DNA of 64,000 nucleotides from Octopus sinensis. Lineage: Eukaryota. The stretch is taken from the NCBI RefSeq assembly GCF_006345805.1, contig NC_043009.1:23002001-23066000 (forward strand), read 5' to 3'. Made by a program: the position numbers and the translations under genes. Shown in pieces: positions 1 to 12,914 of this stretch (position 1 is its first letter; each line of letters begins with the position of its first letter). The notes under the pieces are model-generated. The model had not been told where the DNA came from and did no database searches. It saw only the letters and a list, made by a program, of their open reading frames with translations.

Positions 1-2473
1 AAAGACATTTCAGATGGTATTTAAATTTACTTTCTTTGAAAATCAGCAAAACTTCTTCATTGTATCAAAAATCTTAATTTCAACCTCAGAGGCTCATTAA
101 GCATTTCGTCTCACTGTCTGAACAGCACAGCAGTCTTTCTTAACATGTATTTAATGAGAGGAAAAAAAATGCAAGATTGGATTTGAGTTCATTTTCTTCA
201 GGTCTTTAGACAAAAGCTGACCATTCAGTCACTGCAAGTGGACTGCACATAAAAGTTTTAATTCTGTATTTGGTTTAATTACATTTTTTTTTTACCCAAA
301 ATGGAAGAGAATTCATGCTTTATCAAAAGCCTAGGCAACATGCATGCATTCAAAAGTTAATAGCTATAAAACAACAAATTAACTATTAATAGCAATGATA
401 ATCTTTTTTAACTTAGCACAAGGCTGCCACACATTTTGGTGGGATAGAAATACTTGACCGATACTTTATTTTAACTGACCCTAGAAGAATGACAGATAAT
501 GTCAACTTTGGCAGGATTTGAACTCAAAACATAAAGGAGCTAAATTAATTACTACATGGCATTTTGTCAAGAGGAAACAGTCTTGACTGTCAGGCATTTC
601 CTAAAGACTGTACAGTGGTTCAGAGCTATATTTGAAACAATCACAATCTGAATTTGGTGAACTGTTCTATGAATACACTAAAATATCCCAACATGAATAA
701 TAATAAAAATGACAACTAAAATTAAAAAACAAAATATGCAATTCGTAAGTATTTTTCTGTGGAGGAGTCTAGCTTTCACCAGAAAAGTAATAAATACACA
801 CAATTCACAATTTTGTTTCTTTCAACCCCAATAACAATGATCAAATACAAAAACAAACTTTTCATTGAAAAACACTTGAAAAGAGCCCCCCCCCCCCAAG
901 TCTGAAATTTTTGAAAAGTCTTATGCAGAAAAAACAAAAAAAAAAATAAAACTATTCAAACCATGTTAGCTACAGGATCCTTAACTGCTGGGCTAATATA
1001 TTTTCATTTTAAATAAACTGTTTGATGATCTGCCCAAACAAGTTGGCTAGCCTATTAATGCTCGAACTACTTCAGTAACAAGACAACAAAAGAAAAGCTA
1101 CAATGAGGTTATTCAACCTACTAAAGTTAGCACCAAAATTTCCCTCAAATTATCTTCCTACTATATTCACAAATTGAGAATAGAGAGTAAAAGAGAGGAC
1201 GGTTATAGCTGGAATACCAATGATCGTAGGCTTGCCTGTTCAGTGCTGACTTGGGCTAAACGATGTTTAGTTCATTTGAACATATTATGTGATGTAGTTC
1301 CAAAGCCAACTCTAGGACTTTATGCAGTTCGCTGCCTTATAGATCAGACAGTCTTGTCAGATGGAGATGAAGAAACTGCATTGATATCAGGCTGCAAGCA
1401 GCAAAGTAAATACTAGCTTCACTACAAGCAAATGTCCATCCAGATGATAAAGTGATGAACACAGCCAAGATATACATAAATACATATAAGTGCACACATG
1501 TATCTTAAAAACTGATACATGGTGGAGGTCATGCTTCTGTCCAGGTGGATAACTTTTCTGTTACCTGTGACCCGATAAAATGTACCCAGTTAATGATGTA
1601 AAGTGGTTGGCGTTAGGAAGGGTGTCCAGCCATTAAAAACCATGACATAAACCTTGACAGAGATTGGTAATGTTGTCGAGTTATTCAGGTAATGAAAGAC
1701 TTTGAAAAATGGCAAGATGCTGTGTTGAAACAGACACATTCAATCCAAACTAACATGGAAAGAAATCAGATATACACATTCATACTTTTATATATAGACA
1801 CCAAGTATTTGATTAAACTCATGACTATACAATTCATTAACTTTTTTTTTTGCCACCTAAATTTTTCATCTTTTCAAACCTAGAACAATCCAGTCTTTGA
1901 TCATGTTCCTGCTGCCACGTTTAATGGAAATATCATTTAAGATAGTTTTGGCTCATATTTTCCACAATAGTCTATGAATGATGACAAAAGAGCAAACAAA
2001 ATGAAAGATAGAAGCTCTTAGATAGTAAACATGCTAGCATGAGGAGGAGGTTGTCTCAAACCTTTAATGGATCTTCAACATCTATCCCCACCCATCAAAT
2101 TTTCCAAGACAAAGATTCAACTTATACTGCACATGCTTAAATAACTACCAAGTTACAGTTGTAACTGAAAGCCCAACATTTTTTATACTTATGCCTTTGA
2201 CTTATCTATTTACACAAAGTGTTCACAACTTGAAAACATAAATAGGAGGGAAAAAAACCCAATAAAAATCAGTAATACACTACAGCTGAATACATCACAA
2301 ATGTTCACTAGTAACTGCAACCTTTAATTTATTGGCAAGATAAATTATTAAAATTCACATTAACCAAACTTAACTGAAATCACCCAACAAGTAGTAGTAA
2401 AATGTTAGTAAATACACAAAAAACTCCCCAAAAAAACACGCACACAATGTATAGAAGAAAAATCGAAACTTAC

Positions 2474-2649
2474 TCTCCGATGGCAACCAACTTGCTTTTC
2501 TCGTCGTTTTTCTTCAGCCGTGGACGGCCAGGTTTCATTTTAAGGGGGCTCGATGGGCCTTTTCCACCTTGGCCACCAGTTGACATAAAGTGAGCAAAAA
2601 GCTCGGTTTGTTTCAGCAAGAAATCGAACCGGTTACTCCTGTCGGCTTG
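2474..2649 (-). CDS. SMARCA5: ISWI coding exon 3 (post-post-HSA and AT-hook region)
   Basis: [22 protein letters not shown]...[25 protein letters not shown] is near-identical to SMARCA5 [15 protein letters not shown]...[23 protein letters not shown] acceptor and GTAAGT donor. Later exons were not found inside the window. Confidence 0.95.
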
Positions 2650-3880
2650 CTGAAACAAACATTGCAACAAAACTGCAGGTTAAAAAAATCCAGTCAACTT
2701 AAGCTCATAAGTAACATTTTCTATTCAACCCTCACAGACTACAGAGAAAGTTAAAGAAAATTGATTGACTTTTTTGAAAATTGTAAGATCTTTATGTGTA
2801 AAGAAAAAAGATATAATTAATATTCTGTACATCTTACTTTTCACTCTGATTTAGAATTTAAATTTCCTATTAACTTAATCTAGAAGGGAGTCTCCCCTAT
2901 GATAGCTGACCACCAGGGGTACGCCACAATATTCCTATCAACCCTCTTAGACCTGGGCCTCTCTATATCCAACTTTACCCTCCAATCGAACTCCTAAACA
3001 AAAATAAATAGTTGAATACACAATTCAAGAGTAACAATTACATGCAAACTAATGGACAGAATCACAAAGAAAGAAAAAAAGGTGAAAGAGAGAGCCAACA
3101 ACATAGGCCTATCTCTCAACTACTGCATTTGTTCACCCAGATTGCAACTTCCCCCGTCACTTTGAAGAAGAATTATCAGCAATAATTTCCACAACAGTAA
3201 AAAGTCTAGGCCTTGTTTGTTTACTGGACAAAGTATATAGTAGAGCATCTCACTCCTGTCAGACCTTCCAGCTCATGTAATATGGAACAAGGATCTTAAA
3301 TGATATATACCCCCATCATCATAATATACATTTTTCCATGATTGCAGGGGTCTAATAGAATTTGTCGAGGTAGATTTTCTTTGGCTGGATTGCCCTCCTG
3401 TTTCTAAGCAAGGTAATATTTCCCTATGCCCACATGCTTTCACAGAAGATTGGCAATGGCACTGACAAAAACACTTGCTTATAACTACCATGCTATATCA
3501 AGACATGGAGACACACAGAGTTTTCTTTTACCAAATCCACTCACAAGGTTCCAATTGGCCAGGGGCCATAGTAGAAGACATTGGCCTTGGGTGCTGCAGT
3601 TGGACTGAATCCAAAACCTTGTGGTTGATGCTTGTACCTAAAATCATGACACATTGAGAATCCTGCTTGGACACACGCATACTTTGGCAAGAAATTTGCC
3701 TTGGTATTGCCAAACAAAAGTACCCTTCTTTGATAGTAACGCAACTGGAAATGGCAGTTAATCAAATGTATGGATAATAGGAAGACCTCTAACGATGCTG
3801 TTGTTCACAAAATGTTAAATAAATGAAAGTAAAAAAAAAACAAACAAACAAAAAAACATGAAATTAAAATGACCACATAC

Positions 3881-4123
3881 AATGTGTTCTTCATAAGCTT
3901 CAGCATCTTGTCCATTCTTCTTGGGTGGTTGCTTGAGCAAGAGTGCTTTCGCTGGTTTAACACCATCTGCCAGATATTCTGGATCAGATTCATTTTCATC
4001 ATCATCGTCACCCTGCTCTTCTGCTTCGTCCTCTTCCTCTTCTTCATCATCTTCCTCTTCAGCAGGTGCTTCTTCTTCTTCCTCCTCCTCTGCTTCACTG
4101 TCTTCTGCCTCAGCTTCTACATC
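3881..4123 (-). CDS. SMARCA5: ISWI coding exon 2 (acidic N-terminal region, DVEAEAEDSEAEEEEEE...DAEAYEEHI)
   Basis: TTGACAG acceptor, 81 codons, GTATGT donor. Its end (AYEEHI) joins exon 3 to give [13 protein letters not shown], matching human YEEKMQTDRANRF. Confidence 0.9.
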
Positions 4124-7100
4124 CTGTCAATGAAAATAAAATTTTAAAAATCAGTTTTCATCATAATTTTCCACACTCGCATGGGCTAAACATGTCATCT
4201 GTTCAATTCACACATTACAGAAAATAATAGCCGCCCTTAGGGTTGTGCATGTCACAATTTTTAAAAACTGGATGCTCAACCCATCAACAACCGCAAACAC
4301 TACACTTAAAGTTAGCCTTTCATGGAATGAAACATAATGAGAATGATAGTTAAAATTTACCACAAAAAATACTTAAAATACATACACTGTGATGGACAAG
4401 TGAAAAAAGCACCCAAATTTTGGGGGTGGGGAATCCACTCTGATTTCTACATGTGAAGTTGGGCCTATATTACATGCTTTAATGCTCTAAAAACTTTTTT
4501 CCCTCTCAACTATTGTGTTTGTTCACCCAAATTGCAACCTCACTCGTTACTTTGAAGAATAACTATCATCAATAATTTCCACAACAGTAAAAAGTCTAGG
4601 CTTTGCTTTTTTACCAGACAAAGTATACAGTGGAGCATGATGCAGTCCTGTAGCCACCACTCACCTGTTTCTAAGCAAGGTAATATTTCCCCCCAAAAAT
4701 ACATAATTAGAATGACAGTTAAAATTTACCACAGAAATTACTTGTGATGGACAAGTGGAAAAGGTACCTTGTTTGATGGTGTATAAGATGTACTCCCATC
4801 ACCTAAATTTCAAGGGACACACACACACACACACACCCTGACTTCTTTATGTGAAGTTGGGCCTATAATACATACTTTAATGCTCTAAAAACAATTTTTA
4901 CCTGAATAAGTGTAGCTGAAACTGGGGTGCATCTAAGTTGCCTGTGTATCTTTTATGCCATCAAATACAGCATTTGGCAGAAGCAGAAGATAACACAGTC
5001 TAGGATGTCTGTATTGTAATGAAATTCTAGGCAATACCCTGCTGCCAAAGCATACTTTTGAAAAATCATTTAACTAGAAATCTGAGTGAGCAAACAGACA
5101 AAGACTTAAATTAAACTCTAAGGAATACACTATATTTACAGAAGTTGCACCATTTTATACTTAATTTTCAATAAAAAAAAAAAAAAAAAAATTCAGTGCA
5201 TTAATGCATTCAAGTGAACAACCTGTATAGCTGTGTGGGTAAGAAGTTCAATTCCCAAAATGGTTCTAGATCAGATCCCATTTTATGACATATTCCTCAA
5301 ATCATTACCTAGCATCTCAGAAGAGACAGTGAATAATGTTTATGGTTGGATTGCCTTAGATCAAAACTGACTCGGAGCCTATAAACAACATGAAATGATC
5401 TGCAAGAAAAGACTTTCTTGTCAGTCTAATTACAACTGATGAAATGGCTTTTCATTGGTTTAACATCCACTTTCTCATGCTTGCATGGAGTAGACAATAT
5501 TTTGTTGAGGCAGATTTTGTATGACTGAATTATCCTTTGTGGGGACAACTATTGCTTGTAGCCAAGCAAAGTATGTTTCCCCAAGACAGGACATATTTTT
5601 ATGGAAGATTGGAAAGGAATGATACAGCTTGAAAGACGGTGGGATTCATTCATATTTGTCATTTGATGTCAAGACAAGAACACAAACATCCATATATGCA
5701 ACCAACTTCTTTTAGCTTTTCTCTATCAAATCCACTCACAACTCGTGTCAGTTCCAGGAAAGAAAACACCGAAAATGTTACACAGTGGGATTGAACCTGA
5801 AACCATGTGGTTGGGAGGCCAACTTCTTAACCACATAACCATGTCTTATTCTCCATAAATTCCTTAATGAAGAGCTTATTCAACATTAGTTTGTAATGGG
5901 AGGAGAAACTAAACATCAGTGGCTATGTGGTAAGTTTGCTTCCCAACCACACGATTCCAGATTCAGTCCCACAGGGGTCTTTTACGAGCCTTGCAAGTGA
6001 ATTTGGTAGACGACTTTGCCTTTCATCATTTCCGGGTCGATAAATTAAGTACCAGTTACGCACTGGGGTCGATGTAATCGACTTAATCCCTTTGTCTGTC
6101 CCCTCTATGTTTAGCCCCTTGTGGGCAATAAAGAAATAGGAAACTGAATGAAGACCACCATGTGTGTGGTTGTGCCTGCATTTCTCTTCCCCCACAACAA
6201 AAAGCTTGACAACTGGTGTTGGTGTGTTTACGTTCCGGTAACTTAGCCGTTCAGCAAAGGGACTGATAGAATGGGTACCAGGCTTAAAAAAAATAAAATA
6301 CCAGGGTCAATTCGTTTGACTAAAGCCCTTTAAAGCGGTGTCTGAGCATGACCGTAGGACAATGACTGAATCGAAAGAAAAGATTTGCATTGTCGTTCTA
6401 CATGCACAAACACAACAGATAAAGCGAGGGTGATCAATGGAAGAAAATATGGATTCGAAACTGACCCCAGTCCAAAAGACTAAAGAATACAGACAGGATT
6501 CACTTAAAGGCGTAGGAAGATTGGCATCTAAAGACCTGACTAATCTATAATGAAAATTTGACAAAGAAAGAATAAAGCGCGAAACGAGATATTCATCACC
6601 GATTGCTCCATTAGCTTTCACAGTTACGCGTTGTTTGTCCCACCCCTATGTATGTGTGTGTATTATTAAATAATCGGTAGAAGTATGAGAGACTCAAGGA
6701 CCGGGAGTTTCGCCCATGGACACAAGTGACGATGAAGCACTTTAACTACTGTCAGTTATCAAGAAAATATGCGTCTTTGTGTCTGACCTCGACCAGACGC
6801 TTGACAGATGTTGGTTTGTTTATTTCCCCGCAACTTAGCAGTACAGCAGTGACTGATTGTACAATATAATTTCGTTATGTTACAAAAATAAGTTATCTGG
6901 AGTTTTTTCTCTAATTTTTATTTAACTTTAAAATAAATTTTCTTTTAAACTTTACATAAGAAGTGCACCATGATGTCAAATTCATTGAGAACCGCTATTA
7001 AATACACACACACACACATAGTGTGTGTCTGCATAGGTACAGGTAGTAATGAGGAAATGCAGTAAGTATAAATGAAACCGGTTTTTATATGAAAAAAATA

Positions 7101-10100
7101 AATTAAAAAAAACCCGAATACATTGAAGCAATGCAATAATAAATCTCAGTAACCGCTCGACAACGTAAAGTATACTAGCCATCTCAATATGGCTAACCAC
7201 TAAGGGTGGGTGTTACTGTAGCCCCAGGAGATCATCGTCTCCAGCTGGCTTTAGGCACACTTTCTGTGCCCTTATGGTATTTGCAAAGGGAGGCCATTGA
7301 AGCAATGCCGATAGCAAAAAGGAAAGAACGTAGACTGACAAAGGGATAAAAAATGGGGACACGGTGTCCTCGACACCTGAAGCAGTTAATGTGAAGCTTG
7401 CAAGCTGCCTCGCATTTTCTTCTTTTCTACAATGAATGGACAGCTTCGTGTCTGAGTACAAACTTTTTATAAGAAGCTAAGCGGCGAGCTGGCAGAATTG
7501 TTAGCACGCCAGGTAAAATGCTTAGTGGCAATTCGTCAGACTTTACATACTGAGTTCAAATTCCGCCGAGATCGAACTTTGCCACTCATCTTTCGAGGTC
7601 GATGTATTCGACTTTCTTTTCGCTTAATAATTGCTGGCCTTGAGCAAAAAAATTGAGCATCGAACTGATGGGTTCAACTCTAGCTGAGGCCAACCATCCA
7701 TCCTTCGAACGGTGTCCACCTTAAACCTTTAAAATGCACCCTTGATGTGGATATAATTGCAACAGAAGAATGCACCCTACCCACAAAAGACAGTTTTAAA
7801 AAAATGCACAAAAACAGTCTAAAACACGGGTTTGTTAGACAGAGGGAGGAAAGTTTCAAGACAGATTGCACTTAACGATGTGCTTATCAAAGATTATTTA
7901 ATCGATGTGGGCTGAGTGGTCGGAGGTGTGCTTCCCAACCACATGGTTCCGGATTCAGTACCACTGCGTGTGTGAATTTGGTAGACGGAAATTGGAAGTC
8001 CGTCGTGTGTATGTGTCTTAGTGCCTGGACCACTTACGAGACAATTAGTACTTTGCTTCACGTCTCTGTAACTTTGCGAGGCGGCAAAGAGGACCTACAT
8101 AATAAAGGTTATTAAAAAGTTCTGGGGCGGTCTACTTTTTATTTGTTCGACTAGATTGTTCAAAGGGGTGCCCCAGCGTGAACGCAGTGAAACAATAAAA
8201 GATGTAACTAATACTAATTAATGGAAGAATTTCTAAGAATGATATCGCTCATAGATACAGACAGAAACTAAACAAGACAGCCTACGAAGTTCCGAGAGAA
8301 ACATTTAAGAAAACATATTTCGACTAATGACAAAGACTCAGATATTCTTTCCTACCCTAGGCATAAGGCTCGAAATTTTTAGGGGAGGGAGCCAGTCGAT
8401 TAGATCGACCCCAGTGCGCAACTGGTACTTAATTTATCGACCCCGAAAGGGTGAAAGGCAAAGTCGACCTCGGAATTTAAACTCGGAACGTAAAGCATTT
8501 CTCCCGGCGTGCTAACGCTTCGGCCAGCTCACCGCCCTTATTTCGATATTGCGTGAAGAAAATGACCGAAAAAATTAAGACGCTTTTCAAATGAATGAAA
8601 AATTATACAAACACACACATTATATATATATATCTGAAAATTATCATAAATTGCATTGGGCGAACCAAGATTATTATTAACTGAAATTAAATCTTGATAA
8701 AACATCTTAAATCTGAAAAGGAATTTTATAGGATGTATTGTGTGTGTGTGTGTATTCTTTTTATCTTTCACTTGTTTGTTATTGCAGGAGCACCGCCTTA
8801 ACCGAACAAATAGATCCCAGTACTTTTTTTAAAACCTTGGTACTTATTCTATCGCTTTCACCTGCCAAACCGCTAAGTTACAGGAAGGTAAACAAACATC
8901 GGTTGTCAAAAGCTGATGCGGGACAAACACACGCACGCACATACGATGGGTTTCTTTCAGTATCCGTCTACGAAACCCACTCACAAAGCCTTGGTCAGTC
9001 TGGGGCTATTGTAGAAAACACCTGCCCAACATGCCAACCCAAAACCACGTGTTTTGGAAGCAAGCTTCTTTTACAGCCGAAAACTAACCTTGAGTTTATT
9101 ACCTGTGTCTCCACAATTCCTCAAAACGGGTGACGCCCTAGACTGGATGGGACAAAATAAGGGGATTCAATTTGTGGAATGTCTTACCTCCACCACTCTA
9201 ATCAAGTTACCTAACAGAGAGAGCCAGATAGAGTAAACAGATAACAGCCGGTTATACGATTGCGATGTTGATTTGATAAAAAGTACCTTTCAAAATGAAC
9301 CCTAGCTGCATACACCATACATGCGCAAAAATGCATACATACAGAAAAGAAGTATGTATATATATATATGTGCAAAGAAAAAGCTGTATTAGTGATATTG
9401 TATTTCACGTGTTTATAGTTGACAACACGTGCCGTCATGCACAAGGAAACTCGCGAACGAATCTTGACAAGTCGACGACACGTCTGAGACTCAAAACGAT
9501 TGAATGCACAGGCAAAATTAAACTGTAAAAGAACGAAATGAAAAATTCCGAAGTATTTCGTCCTTTGGCAAATCCACCTCCCAATTATCATCGTTTAACG
9601 TCCCACTCTAGACCTTAAAGAATTTTTTTTTATGACAAGGTATTTAATCTTTTGCCCGTCATATCAAATATTATTCATTTCAGATTATATCCCATAGGGT
9701 CTGAACTCAAAATGTAGAGACGAAAATAAAAGTAAAGCATTTTTATTTAATCCGGTATCCTACAGTTTCGATAAAGTCTCCTTACTGATCCTTATTACTA
9801 CTATCTAACAATCCGTGTTGTCGCTCGTCCTCTCAGAAACAGCAGCCAAATCTCTCTCAAGTCACTCTTACCGGCTTATAAGAACAATACGCCTGAATAG
9901 GAAAAAAAAATGTGGTGGTCACGGCTCGAGTGTTTTTAGGTACTCATGATCATGAGTACCGTCGGGGTACTGGTACTCATGAAGAAGAGTGGACCCGCGT
10001 CTTCTTCATGAGTACAGTGTCCGTGTTTTTTAATCATAGGTCTGTTAGATCAGAGCTGACTTGAGGCTAAACAGCAGCTAATGGCAGATCATTTACAAAG

Positions 10101-11976
10101 ATAGAATATTTTAAAGTTTAGTTTGAAAGGAGAGCGGCGGCGCGCGCTACCTTTAGCGGTACAAGTGAACTGGATTTAAGAGGTCACCAAGTGATTAACG
10201 ACTTCTACCAAATTACACTTAAAGATAATATTAGACAAGAAAGCTCGCCTGTCTTTAAGTTCTGAATTCAAATTACGCCGAGGTCGATTTTGCTTTTCAT
10301 CCTTTCGGGGTCGATAAATTAAGTACCAGTTGAGTACTGGCTTCGATCTAATCGACTGACCCCCCCACCTCTCCAAAAATTGCGGGCCTTATGTCTAGAG
10401 TAGAAAAGAATATTAGACAAGAAAGCGTCAAATGTACAGAGGTATATGTGTGTAGGGGAAGCCAGACTGTGTGGCGTTGATGCTTTTCCGAGGAATTGTT
10501 AACCAAATTGGTACCGTTTATTCGAAAAGAAAACAGCAGCATGTCAGTTACTCTATTAAAATAATTACCATTAAAAATTTTACATTTTTTTCTAGCGTGT
10601 AAGGAAGTTATAGCATCTATTTTTAAATTGCTGATAATAATTTTTGTCAATCCGAAAGGGTGGAATGGGCAGACTTAATCTTGAGAGAAACAATTAGAAA
10701 GGGAATTTTTATAAACACAAATTAATGAGTGAACGCGGGAGCCTCTACGCGGTCATCAGTCTGTTAGAAATAGCAGCTAAGCTTCCCTTAAATTACTTCC
10801 GGAACAAATTGGATAATATCGTCTTAGGTACGTAATGCACGAGAGAAGATCGGGATAGCAGTGTCTAGAATAAGATTAAAAGAAAATCCAGTTAAGGAGA
10901 AGGATAATTGCGTCCGCGAGACAAAAAAATGATTTGCAGTAATATAGCGCCCAGGACAACTTTGCCTTTCACTGATTTTAATAAGGGGTAGGGAGAACTG
11001 CATCCTCTCTCATAATTTGTGAGCTTGTCGCTGTTAGAAAATAAAAAAAATCTTTCCGGCATTTAATTAGGTCTGCTTATGTTCTTAGTTCAAAACTAGC
11101 CGCAATATGAAAAAATTGGAAGAGTCAGTTGCTAATCAATAATAAGCCTTTCCTAATAAATCCGTAGTTCTTGCCTTTGTTAGAAATCATTATATCGGAA
11201 GAGGGTAATTATCTATATGGTATTAAACATCTATCACTTACATGATAAAAATAAATTATATGAGAATGTACAAACAAACCTTTTTCGATTTTCTATTCGA
11301 GTAGAAAATTACAAAAACGAAAGAAAAAATAACAAAGGAAGTAGGAGGTAAAGTTTTTATAAATGAAAGATGTGGGGGAAGCGGCGGTGATGTGTCTAGG
11401 TTGGCAAAAATCTGGTAATATTGATGAAGGTGGTGGTGGTGGTGACGATGATGAGAGGGAGGGGTGATGGCGGTAATGATGATACATATTTTGGATACCA
11501 TGATTAAGTAATCAGAATAAGAACCAAAAAGAAATAATAATAATAATGCTTTCTTTATTAACCATTTTTGAGATATAAACGTCGGCAATCTTTTTTATAG
11601 TCGCATTCTTACGATGTCTGAACAAGTTCATGCTATTTTCTTAAAGATACGTATAAAAAGATGGTGAAAAGGGATACAAATTTTCATATATACATTACAT
11701 ATTCTTTGGTAATATATATGTGTGTATACCTATTTATCTATATATGTGTGTGTGCGTATATATAAATATATTTATCTATGTGTATGTATATAAAAATATA
11801 TTTGTGTGTGTGTGTGTGTGTGTATATATGTATATATATATATATACACACGCCATTTTCCTAAATCAGAGAAATACAACACATGGCGATAAGAATAAAC
11901 CAAAAATAACGAAAAAAAAATTAAATGAATAAATATAAAAACACCGAGACCGTTTTATACATTAAAACCAACTCAC

Positions 11977-12036
11977 ATCTTCGCCTTCTTCCATATTCTC
12001 CTCTTGGGGTATATTTTCCTGATCCGATTCCGACAT
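11977..12036 (-). CDS. SMARCA5: ISWI/SNF2H chromatin remodeller, coding exon 1 (MSESDQENIPQEENMEEGED)
   Basis: ATG at 12036 after a purine-rich leader, 20 codons, canonical GTGAGT donor at 11976. Splices in phase 0 to the acidic exon at 4123. Confidence 0.8.
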
Positions 12037-12300
12037 GATTCCTGGAAGTTTAAGCCAAATATACGAAGGATCCCGATCCTTTGTTAAGACAACGCAGACT
12101 TTTTTTCTTTTACGTCTTCCTTTTTTTCGTGTTCTACTAAGTCTTTTGTCCTTGCCTGTGTTCTCAATACCTTCTCTTTCGGCTTTATCTTTTCCCCGTT
12201 GTCTCTGATGCTTTTTTCCACCGCGGTTGGCGGGTAATTTTTGCTCTCTGTTGATGCCGACTTCTGCCGACGACGAGAAGTTGCTTGTATTGTTTGTTTA
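12037..12300 (-). other. Probable ISWI 5' UTR and proximal promoter region
   Basis: Non-repetitive, CpG-containing sequence directly upstream of the ATG; the transcription start site cannot be determined. Confidence 0.45.
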
Positions 12301-12914
12301 TTGTTTTTTTACTTTAAAAATTATTTTTAATTATAATCAAATATGTGAATGTTTATCAAGCAAATAAAAAGAAATTTGATAAGATAAATTTAAAATAATT
12401 ATTAATTTGTAAGTATCCAAAAAAAAAGCTAACGACTCAACGAGACTTCATCTTTTAATTTCCGCACCACATCTTTAGTTTTTAAAATCGTCCCTAGGTG
12501 TCGCTCGATCAATAATAAATAAATAAATGAAAAGCAAGAACATTAACTGTTGACTAATAAAAGAAGAGTTGATGTTCTTGAATCAGACTGCAAATGATTC
12601 TCAGTTACTGGACTGCGCCCATGCTTGGGCACACCCTTGAAGGTTTTAATTGAATGAATCACCCCAAATACTTATTTCCTTGTTCCTAAGCCTGGTGGGG
12701 CTGAATCCGGAACCATATAGTTATCATAATGACTCAATTGCGTTCCTAATGTCACAAGGTGGGTGCGGACCACCAAATGTATTACGTTTCATATATATCG
12801 CCTCTTTGATGATATATAAAATGCAAACCTAATCCGTTAAATAAATCTCATGTAACTTTAAAGGTTTTTTTTTGTTTTGTTTTTATAGATCTTTGGCTTC
12901 ATACGTCGGTGGGG

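Noticed and set aside
1174-1416. 80-aa plus-strand ORF
   Set aside because: Antisense to an ISWI intron, with no recognisable motif or splice support.
3259-3322. Possible C/D-box snoRNA on the minus strand of an ISWI intron
   Set aside because: No terminal stem, and it lies within repeat-like sequence; the box matches are expected by chance.
3805-4147. ORF-track entries rich in K/R or poly-S
   Set aside because: They are alternative frames or the antisense strand of ISWI exon 2.
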